This document shows, one piece after another, positions 10,332-19,889 of a stretch of 64,000 bases of DNA. Both the position numbers and the translations under genes were made by a program. Numbering within the stretch: position 1 is the stretch's first letter; every line of letters begins with the position of its first letter. Source of the DNA: Candidatus Bathyarchaeia archaeon (lineage in GTDB: Archaea > Thermoproteota > Bathyarchaeia > Bathyarchaeales > Bathycorpusculaceae); assembly GCA_038882955.1 (NCBI GenBank), contig JAVZNC010000004.1, positions 64,001 through 128,000 on the forward strand, given 5' to 3'. The notes beneath the pieces were generated by a model. That model made no database searches. It worked only from the letters and a program-made list of their open reading frames with translations, and had not been told where the DNA came from.

Positions 10332-10682
10332 ATGGCAAGTGCAAAAAGTGTTAAACCTTCTTGGCATGGAATTCCACGCGAAGAAATTAAGTGGCATCCG
10401 ACGGTTGAACGCGAACTCTGTATTGGATGTGGCTTGTGCGTTTTGGGATGCGCCGCCAATGTTTATGCGTTCGATTATAACCAAAACAAGCCGGTTGTGG
10501 TTGCGCCATTAAACTGTAAGGTCGGCTGCGTAACATGCGCAAACACATGCCCAACTCACGCCATAAGTTTTCCGCCACTCTCCTATCTTCATAAAGTCAT
10601 CAAACAAAAGAAAGTTTTGGCAAAAAGCAGCGAAGAACTGAAAGAAAATATGGAACGACTTGCCTATAAAAGTGAAAAGTAA
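10332..10682 (+). CDS. 2x[4Fe-4S] ferredoxin family protein
   Basis: WHGIPREEIKW, CIGCGLCVLGC, CKVGCVTCANTCP. Confidence 0.88.
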   Translation: MASAKSVKPSWHGIPREEIKWHPTVERELCIGCGLCVLGCAANVYAFDYNQNKPVVVAPLNCKVGCVTCANTCPTHAISFPPLSYLHKVIKQKKVLAKSSEELKENMERLAYKSEK

Positions 10683-10692
10683 AGTGTGGCGA

Positions 10693-11031
10693 ATGGGCAA
10701 CACTAAAAATGGTGTTATACGAATTAGAACATGGAAGGAATTCAGAGAAATAGCAGACAAGACAGGCGCTTCCGTCGTTGTCTATAACATTGAGCAAAAC
10801 GCCTTTTCAGAAAACAAAGAACTCACGTGCTTGAGGTTGATACTCCCATGTGAAGGCGTACAGTACGTTTTCCTTGATTTTCCAAAAGGAGATAAGCTAA
10901 GGGAAACTGGCATCACAATCCGCAAGGATAGACATGGTAATCGCTACCTACACGATGAAGATATAATTGGTTTCTTGAAAAGGGAAATTGGAAAAGAAAA
11001 CCTTCAAATATGTTCTTACTGGACAATTTAG
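10693..11031 (+). CDS. Hypothetical protein
   Basis: ORF in operon position between the ferredoxin and arsR. Confidence 0.65.
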   Translation: MGNTKNGVIRIRTWKEFREIADKTGASVVVYNIEQNAFSENKELTCLRLILPCEGVQYVFLDFPKGDKLRETGITIRKDRHGNRYLHDEDIIGFLKREIGKENLQICSYWTI

Positions 11032-11038
11032 TCAATAA

Positions 11039-11054
11039 CAATATTTAAATATTG
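11039..11054. promoter_or_regulatory. Putative ArsR operator, copy 2
   Basis: CAATATTTAAATATTG, 20 bp upstream of the arsR ATG. Confidence 0.8.
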
Positions 11055-11074
11055 ATATTAACCTTTTTTCACAC

Positions 11075-11404
11075 ATGCAACAAACAAAAACAAAGTCAAA
11101 ACTGAATACGTTTAAAGCGAAAATTTTCAAGGCACTAGCAGACCCGGTAAGACTAGACATAATTAATCTGCTACGTGACGGCGAAAAATGCGTCTGCGAA
11201 ATCGTCCCAAAAGTCAGGGCAATTCAACCAGTAGTTTCGCGCCACTTAAAAATCTTGAAAAGCTGCGGCATTCTTAAAGAAAGAAAAGCTGGGAATAGAA
11301 GGCTATATTCCGTCACTGACCCGAGAATTTTTAGAGTTATTGACGCCTTAACAGATGAGCTTGTTGAATCCCTATCAGAAAGCATGTTAGAACAAATAAT
11401 TTGA
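11075..11404 (+). CDS. arsR: ArsR/SmtB family metalloregulator
   Basis: FKALADPVRL, EKCVCEI, VSRHLKIL. Confidence 0.92.
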   Translation: MQQTKTKSKLNTFKAKIFKALADPVRLDIINLLRDGEKCVCEIVPKVRAIQPVVSRHLKILKSCGILKERKAGNRRLYSVTDPRIFRVIDALTDELVESLSESMLEQII

Positions 11405-11417
11405 TTGGTGATCAAGA

Positions 11418-11678
11418 ATGGTTGTAAAAGTTGAGGTTTTCACCGCCGAACCTCCATGTGCGGGCTGCCTAAAACTCCTGGAATATGCGGATTTGATCAA
11501 AGCCAAATACGGTGAGAAAGTTGATGTGATAAAGCATATTGGTCCATGCGAGGGATTCGGCAAGTACGTCCTAACAGTGGTTCCGGCAGTGGTGTTCAAT
11601 GAGGGCAAGATAAAGATTATGGGCGTTTGTCCAAGCATGCAGACTATTGAGGCGGCGCTTAAAGAAATGGGGGTGTAA
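11418..11678 (+). CDS. Thioredoxin family protein (CxxC)
   Basis: EPPCAGC; VPAVV cis-Pro loop; GVCPS. Confidence 0.85.
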   Translation: MVVKVEVFTAEPPCAGCLKLLEYADLIKAKYGEKVDVIKHIGPCEGFGKYVLTVVPAVVFNEGKIKIMGVCPSMQTIEAALKEMGV

Positions 11679-11680
11679 AC

Positions 11681-11938
11681 ATGCCAGTAAAAGTTGAAGT
11701 TTTCACTTCTGAGCCGCCATGCTCTGGCGGAAGACTACTGTTAAAGCTTATCGAGAAGGTTAGGCAGGAATATGCTGATAAAATTGAAGTGGAAATCTAT
11801 CGCGGAGTATGCCAAAAACTTGATGAGTATGGAATACGCGCAAGTCCAGCAATCGTAATTGACAAGGATATTAGGATAATCGGTGTCTGCCCAAGCGAAG
11901 AAACGCTTAAAGAAGCCCTAAGAGAAGCTGGCGTATGA
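11681..11938 (+). CDS. Thioredoxin-fold paralog (monothiol CxxG)
   Basis: EPPCSGG; SPAIV; GVCPS. Confidence 0.82.
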   Translation: MPVKVEVFTSEPPCSGGRLLLKLIEKVRQEYADKIEVEIYRGVCQKLDEYGIRASPAIVIDKDIRIIGVCPSEETLKEALREAGV

Positions 11939-12024
11939 GCAGCTACGACATATTTGAGATGCTTCGACAAACAAAGAAAACGGAAACGCTCTTTAGCAAT
12001 TTCGGACTGAACAGAATAATTAGT

Positions 12025-12100
12025 TGGTAGCCCGGGAGAGATTCGAACTCTCGTCGGCGGGTCCAAAGCCCGCTATGCTTGTCCGCTACACCACCGGGCT
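12025..12100 (-). tRNA. tRNA-Gln(TTG), CCA encoded
   Basis: AGCCCGG...CCGGGCT-A-CCA; anticodon arm GCGGG-CT-TTG-GA-CCCGC. Confidence 0.97.
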
Positions 12101-12106
12101 TTTCTG

Positions 12107-13231
12107 TTATTCAGCTTTTAAGTAGTTCTTGATTAGTGTTTTCCTTTCTCCCCGTATTTCCACTATTATGTTTCTCGCTTTTTCGGTTGTTTCAACCGCC
12201 TTGTTCCTATCAATTTCGTCTAATTCCAAAAATTCTGCAATATTCTTGTAGCTTTTTGGGTTTTTCTCTTCTAGGCGTTCTAGTGTGCGTATCAAAGTTG
12301 TGTGGTCCACCTTTGTCTTTTCGATGGTTGACTTGAACCAGGCATAGTTTTCAATCATGTCTAGGAAGGTGTTTCTGAGATAGTTGTAGGCTTCGCCTGT
12401 TTTCTCCTGTTCGATTAGTGCTGTTGTTCGAAGTATTGTACCTTGCAAGAATGCGGGATTAAGGTAGTAGCCCAGCTTCTTCCGAACCTTAAAGTGCATA
12501 GCCTCTAATACTTGCCGGTTGTTTGTTATGTTGGCTTTTGCCTCCTCCCAAACCATTTTAAAAAGCTTCAGTTTGCCATTAACGTCGGTGCTTTCCAAGC
12601 CCCTTAAACCAGCAATTTCCAAGTATTCCCTAAACGTCTTTTGCATCCCAAGTTTTGTTGCCGCCCTTTCCAGTTTTTCCAAGAATCTGCTGTTTGAAAA
12701 TGATTCTAAGGCTATCTCAAGCAGAACCTTCAATATGCTTTGTAGGGCTACCGTTACGAAAATGTACGCACTTTGAAAGTCTCCTCGCGAAATGGCGGAT
12801 GTTGCGCGGCTTAGGTAAATGTCTGAATCTATTATGTGAGATTCCGCTCTGATGTCAACTCTTTCTGGCGAGCAGTAAACCTTAGCCATCAAAATCTTCG
12901 TGTTTGTTAAACTCCAATCTCTATCGTAAAGGATTTGCATCTCATACAATTTCTGGTCTAGTTCTGGCGAGATGGGACCATTTAACCAGCTTTTTGGTAC
13001 ATGGTCGAAATCTAGGAATAGACCTCCCAATTCTGCCCTCTCAACATACTCGTAATTAGAGCTACCTTTTTCTAGGATAAACAGGTCTACATCGCTTGAG
13101 GGTGCCGCCTCGTTTCTGCTCCAGCTTCCGAAAAGTCCAATGCCGTAAATGTTTTCCGCCGTTCGCAGTTCGCCAACAGTCTTTTCTAGGGTTCTTCTGA
13201 TTTTTTCCGGAAGTCTTATCATGGTTGACAT
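12107..13231 (-). CDS. Pol-beta-superfamily nucleotidyltransferase domain protein with helical C-terminus
   Basis: LFGSWSR..SDVDL motif. Confidence 0.8.
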   Translation of the reverse strand: MSTMIRLPEKIRRTLEKTVGELRTAENIYGIGLFGSWSRNEAAPSSDVDLFILEKGSSNYEYVERAELGGLFLDFDHVPKSWLNGPISPELDQKLYEMQILYDRDWSLTNTKILMAKVYCSPERVDIRAESHIIDSDIYLSRATSAISRGDFQSAYIFVTVALQSILKVLLEIALESFSNSRFLEKLERAATKLGMQKTFREYLEIAGLRGLESTDVNGKLKLFKMVWEEAKANITNNRQVLEAMHFKVRKKLGYYLNPAFLQGTILRTTALIEQEKTGEAYNYLRNTFLDMIENYAWFKSTIEKTKVDHTTLIRTLERLEEKNPKSYKNIAEFLELDEIDRNKAVETTEKARNIIVEIRGERKTLIKNYLKAE

Positions 13232-13417
13232 TTTATTTCGCTCACAAATTATTATTACCTTTTATTATTCAAAATTTGTGGAGTCGATACTTCAAATAAA
13301 ACCGTAAAGCTTATATATTAAAACATTTCATCTAACTAGGCTCACCGGGGCCGGATGCACTCTTTCTCCGATAAAAGATGAGGAATATGGAAGGTAACGG
13401 TTCTCGAAAACTATAAT

Positions 13418-14368
13418 GTGGGTGAAAAGTTGAGCAACAAAGAAAGCGGAACTCGCCAAAGATTAATCGACAAATGTCCAGAATGCGGTAGTGTAAACCT
13501 TGTTCACGATTACGACACTGGAGAAACCGTCTGCGGCGACTGTGGACTTGTCCTCTACGAGCAGATGATGGATAAAGGACCAGAATGGCGCGCCTTCACG
13601 CAAGAGGAGAAAGCCTCAAGAAGCCGCGTTGGAGTGCCAACATCCTACTCCGTTCATGACAAGGGCTTGTCAACAGCCATAAGCCAAGTTGACAGAGACG
13701 CCTTTGGAAGAAAACTTCCACTCTCAACGCGCTTGCAAATGTGGCGGTTGAGAAAGTGGCAGATACGCTCAAGAGTGCACTCCTCAGTAGACAGGAACCT
13801 AGCCCAAGCCATGGCTGAACTTGACCGCTTATCAGATAAAGTGTATATTCCGCCGCCGATTAAGGAGAAGGCTGCAGTCATTTACCGCAAAGCCTTGGAT
13901 AAGGGACTCGTCCGCGGAAGATCGATTGCCGCCATTGCTGCTGCGGCGCTTTATGCTGCTTGCCGCGGAAGCGGAACCCCGAGGACACTGCGTGAAATCG
14001 CCGAGGCAAGCCTTGTTGACAAGAAGGATGTTGCGCGTTGTTATAGGCTTTTGCTTAGGGAATTATCAGTTCAAATGCCCATAGCAGACCCACTAACGTA
14101 TGTTTCAAAGATTGCAGAGAGAACTGGAATTTCTGGTAAGACGCAGGGAATCGCCATCCAAATCCTTAGAGAAGCCAGAGAGAAACGTGCTGCTGCGGGC
14201 AAAGACCCGATGGGTTTGGCTGCAGCTGCGCTTTACATTGCATGTTTGCAGAATAACGAGAAGAAGACGCAAAAGGACATTGCTGAAGCTGCTGGCGTTA
14301 CAGAAGTTACGGTGCGAAACCGCTACAAAACATTGAAGAAACAGCTAAACCTGGAGCTCCCAGATTAA
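13418..14368 (+). CDS. tfb: Transcription initiation factor IIB
   Basis: CPECG..CGDCG zinc ribbon, GPEWRAF, two cyclin repeats, VTEVTVRNRYK. Confidence 0.98.
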   Translation: MGEKLSNKESGTRQRLIDKCPECGSVNLVHDYDTGETVCGDCGLVLYEQMMDKGPEWRAFTQEEKASRSRVGVPTSYSVHDKGLSTAISQVDRDAFGRKLPLSTRLQMWRLRKWQIRSRVHSSVDRNLAQAMAELDRLSDKVYIPPPIKEKAAVIYRKALDKGLVRGRSIAAIAAAALYAACRGSGTPRTLREIAEASLVDKKDVARCYRLLLRELSVQMPIADPLTYVSKIAERTGISGKTQGIAIQILREAREKRAAAGKDPMGLAAAALYIACLQNNEKKTQKDIAEAAGVTEVTVRNRYKTLKKQLNLELPD

Positions 14369-14380
14369 AAGTTTAAGCTT

Positions 14381-14584
14381 TTAACGTTCCTCTTTTTCAA
14401 GCTCCATTACTATTGGTCCATTGTATCCGCAGTTTTCGCAAACATACTTTTTTGGCGTTAACCAATAGTCTAAACTGCTTGATAAGCGTATGTTTGGGCT
14501 TCCGCATCTTGGGCAATATATTTTTGTTGGGCCTCTGCGTTTCAGCGACCCAAATACTTCTTTTAGGTTTTGTAATAGTTTCAT
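14381..14584 (-). CDS. Small zinc-ribbon protein
   Basis: CPRCGS..YVCENCGY.GP. Confidence 0.8.
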   Translation of the reverse strand: MKLLQNLKEVFGSLKRRGPTKIYCPRCGSPNIRLSSSLDYWLTPKKYVCENCGYNGPIVMELEKEER

Positions 14585-14611
14585 TTTGGGCTTCGCCTTT
14601 TGCTGTTAGCT

Positions 14612-14923
14612 TTATTGGACTTCTATGTTTTCTTCTGGGTATCCGAGCTTTATAAGGTATTGGCGGACTTTTTCACGGTGGTCTCCTTGAAGCATTATTT
14701 GACCATTTTTCGCTGTCCCGCCGCATGCGCAGAAGCTCTTCAGTTTTTGGGCTATATCTGCTAGCCTAGTGTTTTTGTCGTCGTTTATGCCGTCAACTAT
14801 TGTTGTTGGTTTGCCAAACTTTCTTGTTTCAAGTCTTATGCGGATTCGCTGTTGCTCCTTCTCTATTTCGCCGCAAACACACAAGTCCTTTGGAAGCCCG
14901 CATGTTGGACAGATTTCAGCCAT
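14612..14923 (-). CDS. sui1: Translation initiation factor aIF-1 (SUI1)
   Basis: CPTCGLPKDLCVC, LKSFCACGGT, LQGDHR. Confidence 0.95.
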   Translation of the reverse strand: MAEICPTCGLPKDLCVCGEIEKEQQRIRIRLETRKFGKPTTIVDGINDDKNTRLADIAQKLKSFCACGGTAKNGQIMLQGDHREKVRQYLIKLGYPEENIEVQ

Positions 14924-15047
14924 GACGCTCAAACTTACAATTAACATGGCAGTATATAAGATTTTCAAATTCACGATCTATAGTCATGTTTAAAACGCCT
15001 TACTGTTCGATAAAGCTTTAATGAAAACCAACGCTTAATTAACGCCC

Positions 15048-16196
15048 ATGAAAGTGTTAATCGTTGGCTGCGGAAACATGGGCGCCGTCGCAGCGGAAGA
15101 CCTTGCCAAAAGCATGCCGTCTGCCAAGATTGTTTTAGCCGACAAAGATGAAGAAAGAGCTAAAGAGGTTGCCCGAAAAATACGCGGAGAAAATGTTTCT
15201 TACTTACAGTTAGACGTGTCAAACAAGAGTAAGCTTGTCCATTCGCTTGAAGGCTTCGACTTGGCTCTAGGCTTTTTACCTGGAAATCTAGGTTATAGCT
15301 TGGTTGAGGCGTGCATCAAAGCGGGAAAAAACCTCGTCGACGTTTCTTACATGCCCCAAAATCCTTTGATGCTGAACGACACGGCAGTTAAAGCCAATGT
15401 GACCATTGTTCCAGAGTGTGGACTTGCTCCAGGCATAAGCAATGTTCTTGTTGGGCATGCGGCAAAAAGTCTTGACAAGGTTGAGAAAATTCACATATTA
15501 GTTGGTGGTATCCCCGAAAAACCAGTGCCGCCTTTAGATTATGTTGTAACGTGGTCTCCCGAAAACTTGATTGACGAGTACACGCGAAAAGCCAGAATAA
15601 TTGCTAATGGAAAAATTGTTGATGTTGAAGCTTTAAGCGGAATCGAGAATGTGGATTTTCCAGGACTTGGCAAGCTTGAAGCGTTTTACACCGATGGTCT
15701 TCGGACTTTGCTTAGCACTTTCAGCGATGTTGGTGAGATGTGGGAGAAAACCCTTAGGTACAAGGGGCATGCCGAGAAGGCGCGTTTGCTTAGAGCGTTG
15801 GGATTTTTTGAAGATGAGGCGTTGGATGTTGACGGCGTTAAGGTGTCACCGAAACGCTTCACGGCGAAACTTCTCCAAAAGAAGCTTTACATGCCAGAAG
15901 TTAAGGATGTTGTGGCATTGAAAGTGGAAGTTCTAGGGTTGAGCGCTGGACGAGAGGTTGGGTACGCTTATCGCTTACTAGATGTTTATGACGCGAAAAG
16001 CGGCAAGACAGCCATGGCTAGAACCACTGCCTATCCCGCATCAATTGTTGCACAGATGCTTCTTAAAGGCGTTATAAAAGCGAAGGGTGTTGCTCCACCT
16101 GAAAAACTTGGCATGGACGGTGAATTTTTCCGCAATTTTCTAGATGAGTTAGAGAGGCGTGGAGTAAAAATAGTTGAGGAAGAGGTAACAGTTTAA
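15048..16196 (+). CDS. Saccharopine dehydrogenase family oxidoreductase
   Basis: GCGNMG, CGLAPG, TDGLRTL, KTLRY, MARTT. Confidence 0.88.
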   Translation: MKVLIVGCGNMGAVAAEDLAKSMPSAKIVLADKDEERAKEVARKIRGENVSYLQLDVSNKSKLVHSLEGFDLALGFLPGNLGYSLVEACIKAGKNLVDVSYMPQNPLMLNDTAVKANVTIVPECGLAPGISNVLVGHAAKSLDKVEKIHILVGGIPEKPVPPLDYVVTWSPENLIDEYTRKARIIANGKIVDVEALSGIENVDFPGLGKLEAFYTDGLRTLLSTFSDVGEMWEKTLRYKGHAEKARLLRALGFFEDEALDVDGVKVSPKRFTAKLLQKKLYMPEVKDVVALKVEVLGLSAGREVGYAYRLLDVYDAKSGKTAMARTTAYPASIVAQMLLKGVIKAKGVAPPEKLGMDGEFFRNFLDELERRGVKIVEEEVTV

Positions 16197-16230
16197 AGCA
16201 TTCGCTGCAAATTGCTTTATAAATGGCAGA

Positions 16231-17649
16231 ATGCGTGCGGAGGAGAAAGACACGGTTAAGCGTGAATTGGACTTTGTAAGCGCTTCTGATATGAGTATGC
16301 TCACAGACCTTTACGAGTTGACAATGTGTGCAAGTTACTTTGACAACAAAAGGAACGAGCTAGCAACCTTTGACTTGTTTATAAGGCGGTTGCCGCCAAA
16401 CAGATCCTACTTTGTCTTCGCTGGTTTGGAGCAAGCGCTAATTTATCTTGAAAGGATGCGTTTCACCGATGAACATTTGGAATATCTGCGTAAGCACGGC
16501 TTTAAGGATGACTTTCTTGACTATCTGAAAAAGTTCAAGTTCAGCGGCGAGGTTTGGGCGATTCCAGAAGGCACAATAGTTTTTCCAAACGAACCGCTGA
16601 TTAGGGTTACCGCCCCAATAATTGAAGCTCAAATCGTTGAATCATTCCTTTTGAACACTGTTAACTTGCAAACCACAATTGCAACAAAAGCCTCTAGAGT
16701 TGTGTGCGCTGCAAAGGGAAAACCCGTAATCGAGTTTGGTTTGAGGCGCACGCATGGCACGGATGCTGGAATGAAGGCGGCTAGGTGCAGCTACATAGCC
16801 GGATGCAGCGGAACATCAAATGTGCTGGCTGGCTTGCGTTATGGCATACCAATTTTTGGAACTATGGCGCATTCGTTCATACTCTTTTTTGATCGTGAAA
16901 TTGAAGCTTTTCGTGCATTCGCAAAAACCTTCCCGAAAAACTCCACTTTCCTAATAGACACGTTTGATGACGTTAAGGGCGCGGAAAAAGCGGCAATTGT
17001 CGCTAAAGAAATGGAGAAGCAAGGTTTTAGGCTGAACAGCGTAAGAATTGACAGCGGAGACCTCGTGGAGATAAGCAAAAAGGTCCGCGCAATCCTAGAC
17101 AAGAAGGATTTAGACTATGTCAAAATCTTTGCCAGCGGAGACTTGGACGAGTATAAAGTTGAGGAACTGCTGCAAAAAGGCGCAAAAATCGACGCTTTCG
17201 GCGTTGGAACAAGAATGAGCACGTCGGAAGACAGACCATACGTGGACGTCATCTACAAGCTTTGCGAGCGCATGGACAAAAGTGGCAGGATGGTTCCAGC
17301 TATGAAGCTAAGCAAGGGCAAACTCACTCTTCCAGGAAGGAAACAAGTTTTCAGGGTTAAAGATGCGGATGGCATGTTCAAGAAAGATGTTATTGCTTTG
17401 CATGACGAGAAGGTTGAAGGCGAACCATTACTTGTGAAGGTTATGGAGAAGGGCAAAATAGTTTATGATTTGCCGTCGCTTGACGCCATTAGGAAGAAAG
17501 CTCTAGAAAACCTTTCTAGGCTTCCAGAGAAGTACAAGAAACTTAAGGGTGCACCGCAATATCCAGTTGAGTTAAGCCCAAAACTGAAAAGGCTAATAGA
17601 GGAATTGACTGTTAAGCTGAAGAGGGCAGAGGTTGAGGGCGCAATCTAA
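16231..17649 (+). CDS. pncB: Nicotinate phosphoribosyltransferase
   Basis: LTDLYELTM, EFGLRR, GTMAHS, RIDSGD, FGVGT. Confidence 0.95.
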   Translation: MRAEEKDTVKRELDFVSASDMSMLTDLYELTMCASYFDNKRNELATFDLFIRRLPPNRSYFVFAGLEQALIYLERMRFTDEHLEYLRKHGFKDDFLDYLKKFKFSGEVWAIPEGTIVFPNEPLIRVTAPIIEAQIVESFLLNTVNLQTTIATKASRVVCAAKGKPVIEFGLRRTHGTDAGMKAARCSYIAGCSGTSNVLAGLRYGIPIFGTMAHSFILFFDREIEAFRAFAKTFPKNSTFLIDTFDDVKGAEKAAIVAKEMEKQGFRLNSVRIDSGDLVEISKKVRAILDKKDLDYVKIFASGDLDEYKVEELLQKGAKIDAFGVGTRMSTSEDRPYVDVIYKLCERMDKSGRMVPAMKLSKGKLTLPGRKQVFRVKDADGMFKKDVIALHDEKVEGEPLLVKVMEKGKIVYDLPSLDAIRKKALENLSRLPEKYKKLKGAPQYPVELSPKLKRLIEELTVKLKRAEVEGAI

Positions 17650-18188
17650 AATCCCGCTGCTGACGCGAGAAGATTGATGAATCCAACTTCTATTACGGCT
17701 GCAACCAAAAATATTGAATAAATAAAGACCAAATCTCTTGTTGACATCGTTCTGCCCAATGTTTTACTTATTGTTAGGTAAATGCCATAACCTTCCAAAA
17801 TTCCAATCGGCGCGCTTATCAATAGAATCTGCGGCAAATATGCAATGTCTACTCCACCGTAGGTTAGTCCGCTCACGCGCAGAATGCTTAGAAAAAGCAC
17901 GACAAATGTGAATACTGCGGCGAAAATCCGCGGATGCTGAAGCAGAATGTCCGCATACTTTTCCCTTTTAAAAAAGTTTAGTAGCACCAAATTGACGTAG
18001 AATGTCATGCCAAGCAGAATAAGCGAAATCGCAAGTATGTTATGCACAAAAAGCATGAGCATGGCGAGGAGCTGATTGCTGAAGAAGTCGCCCACAACTC
18101 TAAAGAACATTATGTTCTCAAAATAGGCTATGGCAAGAAAAGCCACAAACACCAGGCCCAGCAGTATCGTCTTCCTCTTTAAATCCAG
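17646..18188 (-). CDS. Membrane protein (SpoIIM/DUF95-like); possible CTG start
   Basis: Multi-TM with HN, GILE and AAVIEV motifs; GGAGG SD 7 nt before in-frame CTG at 18188. Confidence 0.65.
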   Translation of the reverse strand: MDLKRKTILLGLVFVAFLAIAYFENIMFFRVVGDFFSNQLLAMLMLFVHNILAISLILLGMTFYVNLVLLNFFKREKYADILLQHPRIFAAVFTFVVLFLSILRVSGLTYGGVDIAYLPQILLISAPIGILEGYGIYLTISKTLGRTMSTRDLVFIYSIFLVAAVIEVGFINLLASAAGF

Positions 18189-18239
18189 ATTTATGCCTCC
18201 CGTGTGAAAGAACTCGTAATGACGTTCTGATAATTGAAA

Positions 18240-18584
18240 TTATCGGTTATGCACTTTTTCACGTCTTATCTCGAATATTACTGTTCCGCCTTCCGTGTAT
18301 GGTTCTCCAGGGTCCAGGCATTGCACGTAGCCCTTATCCCCTTCTTCTTTTGCTAGTCCCAAATCCTTGAAGCCTATTCCTTTGCTCAGTGGGATAATCA
18401 TTGAGAGCATTGAGCCCAAAGCATGAACGCACAAGTTGTCAGTTTTCTTCAAGAGTATTTTTGGCTGTTCTATGACTATTCTGTCTCCAACCTTGAAGAC
18501 TGGACATTTTCCACGTATCTCCTTTACAGTTATTACTAAACGGTAATTTTCTGCGCTTCGCATGTTCCTTGCCTCTGACCGCAT
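18240..18584 (-). CDS. TIGR04076 family protein
   Basis: GKCPVFKVGD, CVHA, QCLDPG, GTVIFEI. Confidence 0.8.
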   Translation of the reverse strand: MRSEARNMRSAENYRLVITVKEIRGKCPVFKVGDRIVIEQPKILLKKTDNLCVHALGSMLSMIIPLSKGIGFKDLGLAKEEGDKGYVQCLDPGEPYTEGGTVIFEIRREKVHNR

Positions 18585-18689
18585 TTGTCTATTATGGGAT
18601 TATGAATTTTTCGTGTCTGCAAAATGGCAAACACTTAAAAGTTTCAATGGAAAGGGATAATTGCATAACTGTGAAAGGTGCAGGTGTAA

Positions 18690-19886
18690 ATGCCGAACTG
18701 TCCAGCCATAGTTGCTGTTGGAAGAACAAAATTCGGAGAACATTACGAGAAGGAGCCAGAAAAACTCATCGAGGAGGCTTGGTTGAGGGCTTCTGAAGAT
18801 GCTGGTATCGAACGCAGAGACCTTGAAGCATGCTACTTGTCCGACTACTTTTTGCCAATAACAAACAAGCTTGGACTTGAGGAGGGCTTCCTTTCCGAAC
18901 TCACCGAACTTCATGTTCCAATGGAAGTCACACGTTCATTCAGCTCCGCACTATCAAACGCTTGTAACGCAATTCAAGCTGGAAGATACAGCGTGGTTTT
19001 GGTTGGCGGCATAGAGAAGATGACTGACCGTTGGGACAAGATTCGAGATGACCTTATGCTTTTGGAAGACCCTTGGAGTTATTATGCTGGATGCACGCCC
19101 GAAGCAAACCACGAGCTTATGCTTAGAGCCTACATTAAAAAGTACGGGGTTAAGGGCGAAGATTTGGAGAAGCTAAACACGGCGTTGGCACAGATTTCCG
19201 TTAAGAACCATCTGCACGCCACGAAGAATGAGTATGCCCAGTACCAGAGAAAAATAACCGTTGAACAGGTTTTAAATGCACGTAAAGAGGCGCGGAAACA
19301 TTTGGGACTTTATGATTTTGCACCTATTTCCGACGGCGCCTCAGCACTGATTCTCACAAGCGAGGATGTTGCCAAAAAGTTTACGGAAAAACCAGTTTAT
19401 GTTCTAGGCTTTGCTTCAGCAACCGACTATCTAACCTTTCCAGCAAGGCAAGACCTGACACGTTTTGTTGTTAGTGAAATTGCCATGAAAGAAGCGCTGG
19501 AAAGAGCCGGAATAAGCCTTTGGGACATACAAATTCTAGAGGTTTATGACCAGTCAACGGTTATGGAGATGATTTCCCTTGAGGATTTGGGTTTCTGCAA
19601 GCGTGGAGGCGCTTGGAAAAGCATATACCAAAGCTGCCAAGACTATAAAGGGTATTACGAAATCGACGGTAAAAGGCTTTTCGTGAACATGAATGGCGGT
19701 TTGAAGGCTGACGGAAACCCACTTGGCGCAACTGGAGGCGCCCAAATCTTCGAGGTTGTTAAGCAGTTGAGGGGCGAGGCTGGCGAACGCCAAGTTATGG
19801 TTGGTGAAGCGCCGAAATACGGTTGCATATTGGAGTTGGAGGGTTTTGGAACCAAAGGTTACGTTTACATTTTGGGGAGGGATTAG
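18690..19886 (+). CDS. Thiolase-like protein (SCP-x type; catalytic residues appear lost)
   Basis: GRTKFG, GIEKM, VKNH, PISDGASA, N.NGGLKA.G.PLGATG. Confidence 0.88.
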   Translation: MPNCPAIVAVGRTKFGEHYEKEPEKLIEEAWLRASEDAGIERRDLEACYLSDYFLPITNKLGLEEGFLSELTELHVPMEVTRSFSSALSNACNAIQAGRYSVVLVGGIEKMTDRWDKIRDDLMLLEDPWSYYAGCTPEANHELMLRAYIKKYGVKGEDLEKLNTALAQISVKNHLHATKNEYAQYQRKITVEQVLNARKEARKHLGLYDFAPISDGASALILTSEDVAKKFTEKPVYVLGFASATDYLTFPARQDLTRFVVSEIAMKEALERAGISLWDIQILEVYDQSTVMEMISLEDLGFCKRGGAWKSIYQSCQDYKGYYEIDGKRLFVNMNGGLKADGNPLGATGGAQIFEVVKQLRGEAGERQVMVGEAPKYGCILELEGFGTKGYVYILGRD

Positions 19887-19889
19887 TCC

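Noticed and set aside
11681-11938. Selenocysteine or pyrrolysine recoding in the thioredoxins
   Set aside because: The second position of the motif is GGA (Gly), and there is no in-frame TGA/TAG.
11940-12000. RKRK-containing stretch next to the tRNA-Gln 3' end as another integrase relic
   Set aside because: Only RKRK matches; the preceding DEF/FEYV motifs are absent, and no att repeat was seen.
16231-16270. ACG start for pncB after GGAGGAG
   Set aside because: In-frame ATG (16231) and TTG (16267) alternatives exist, so this is not decisive.
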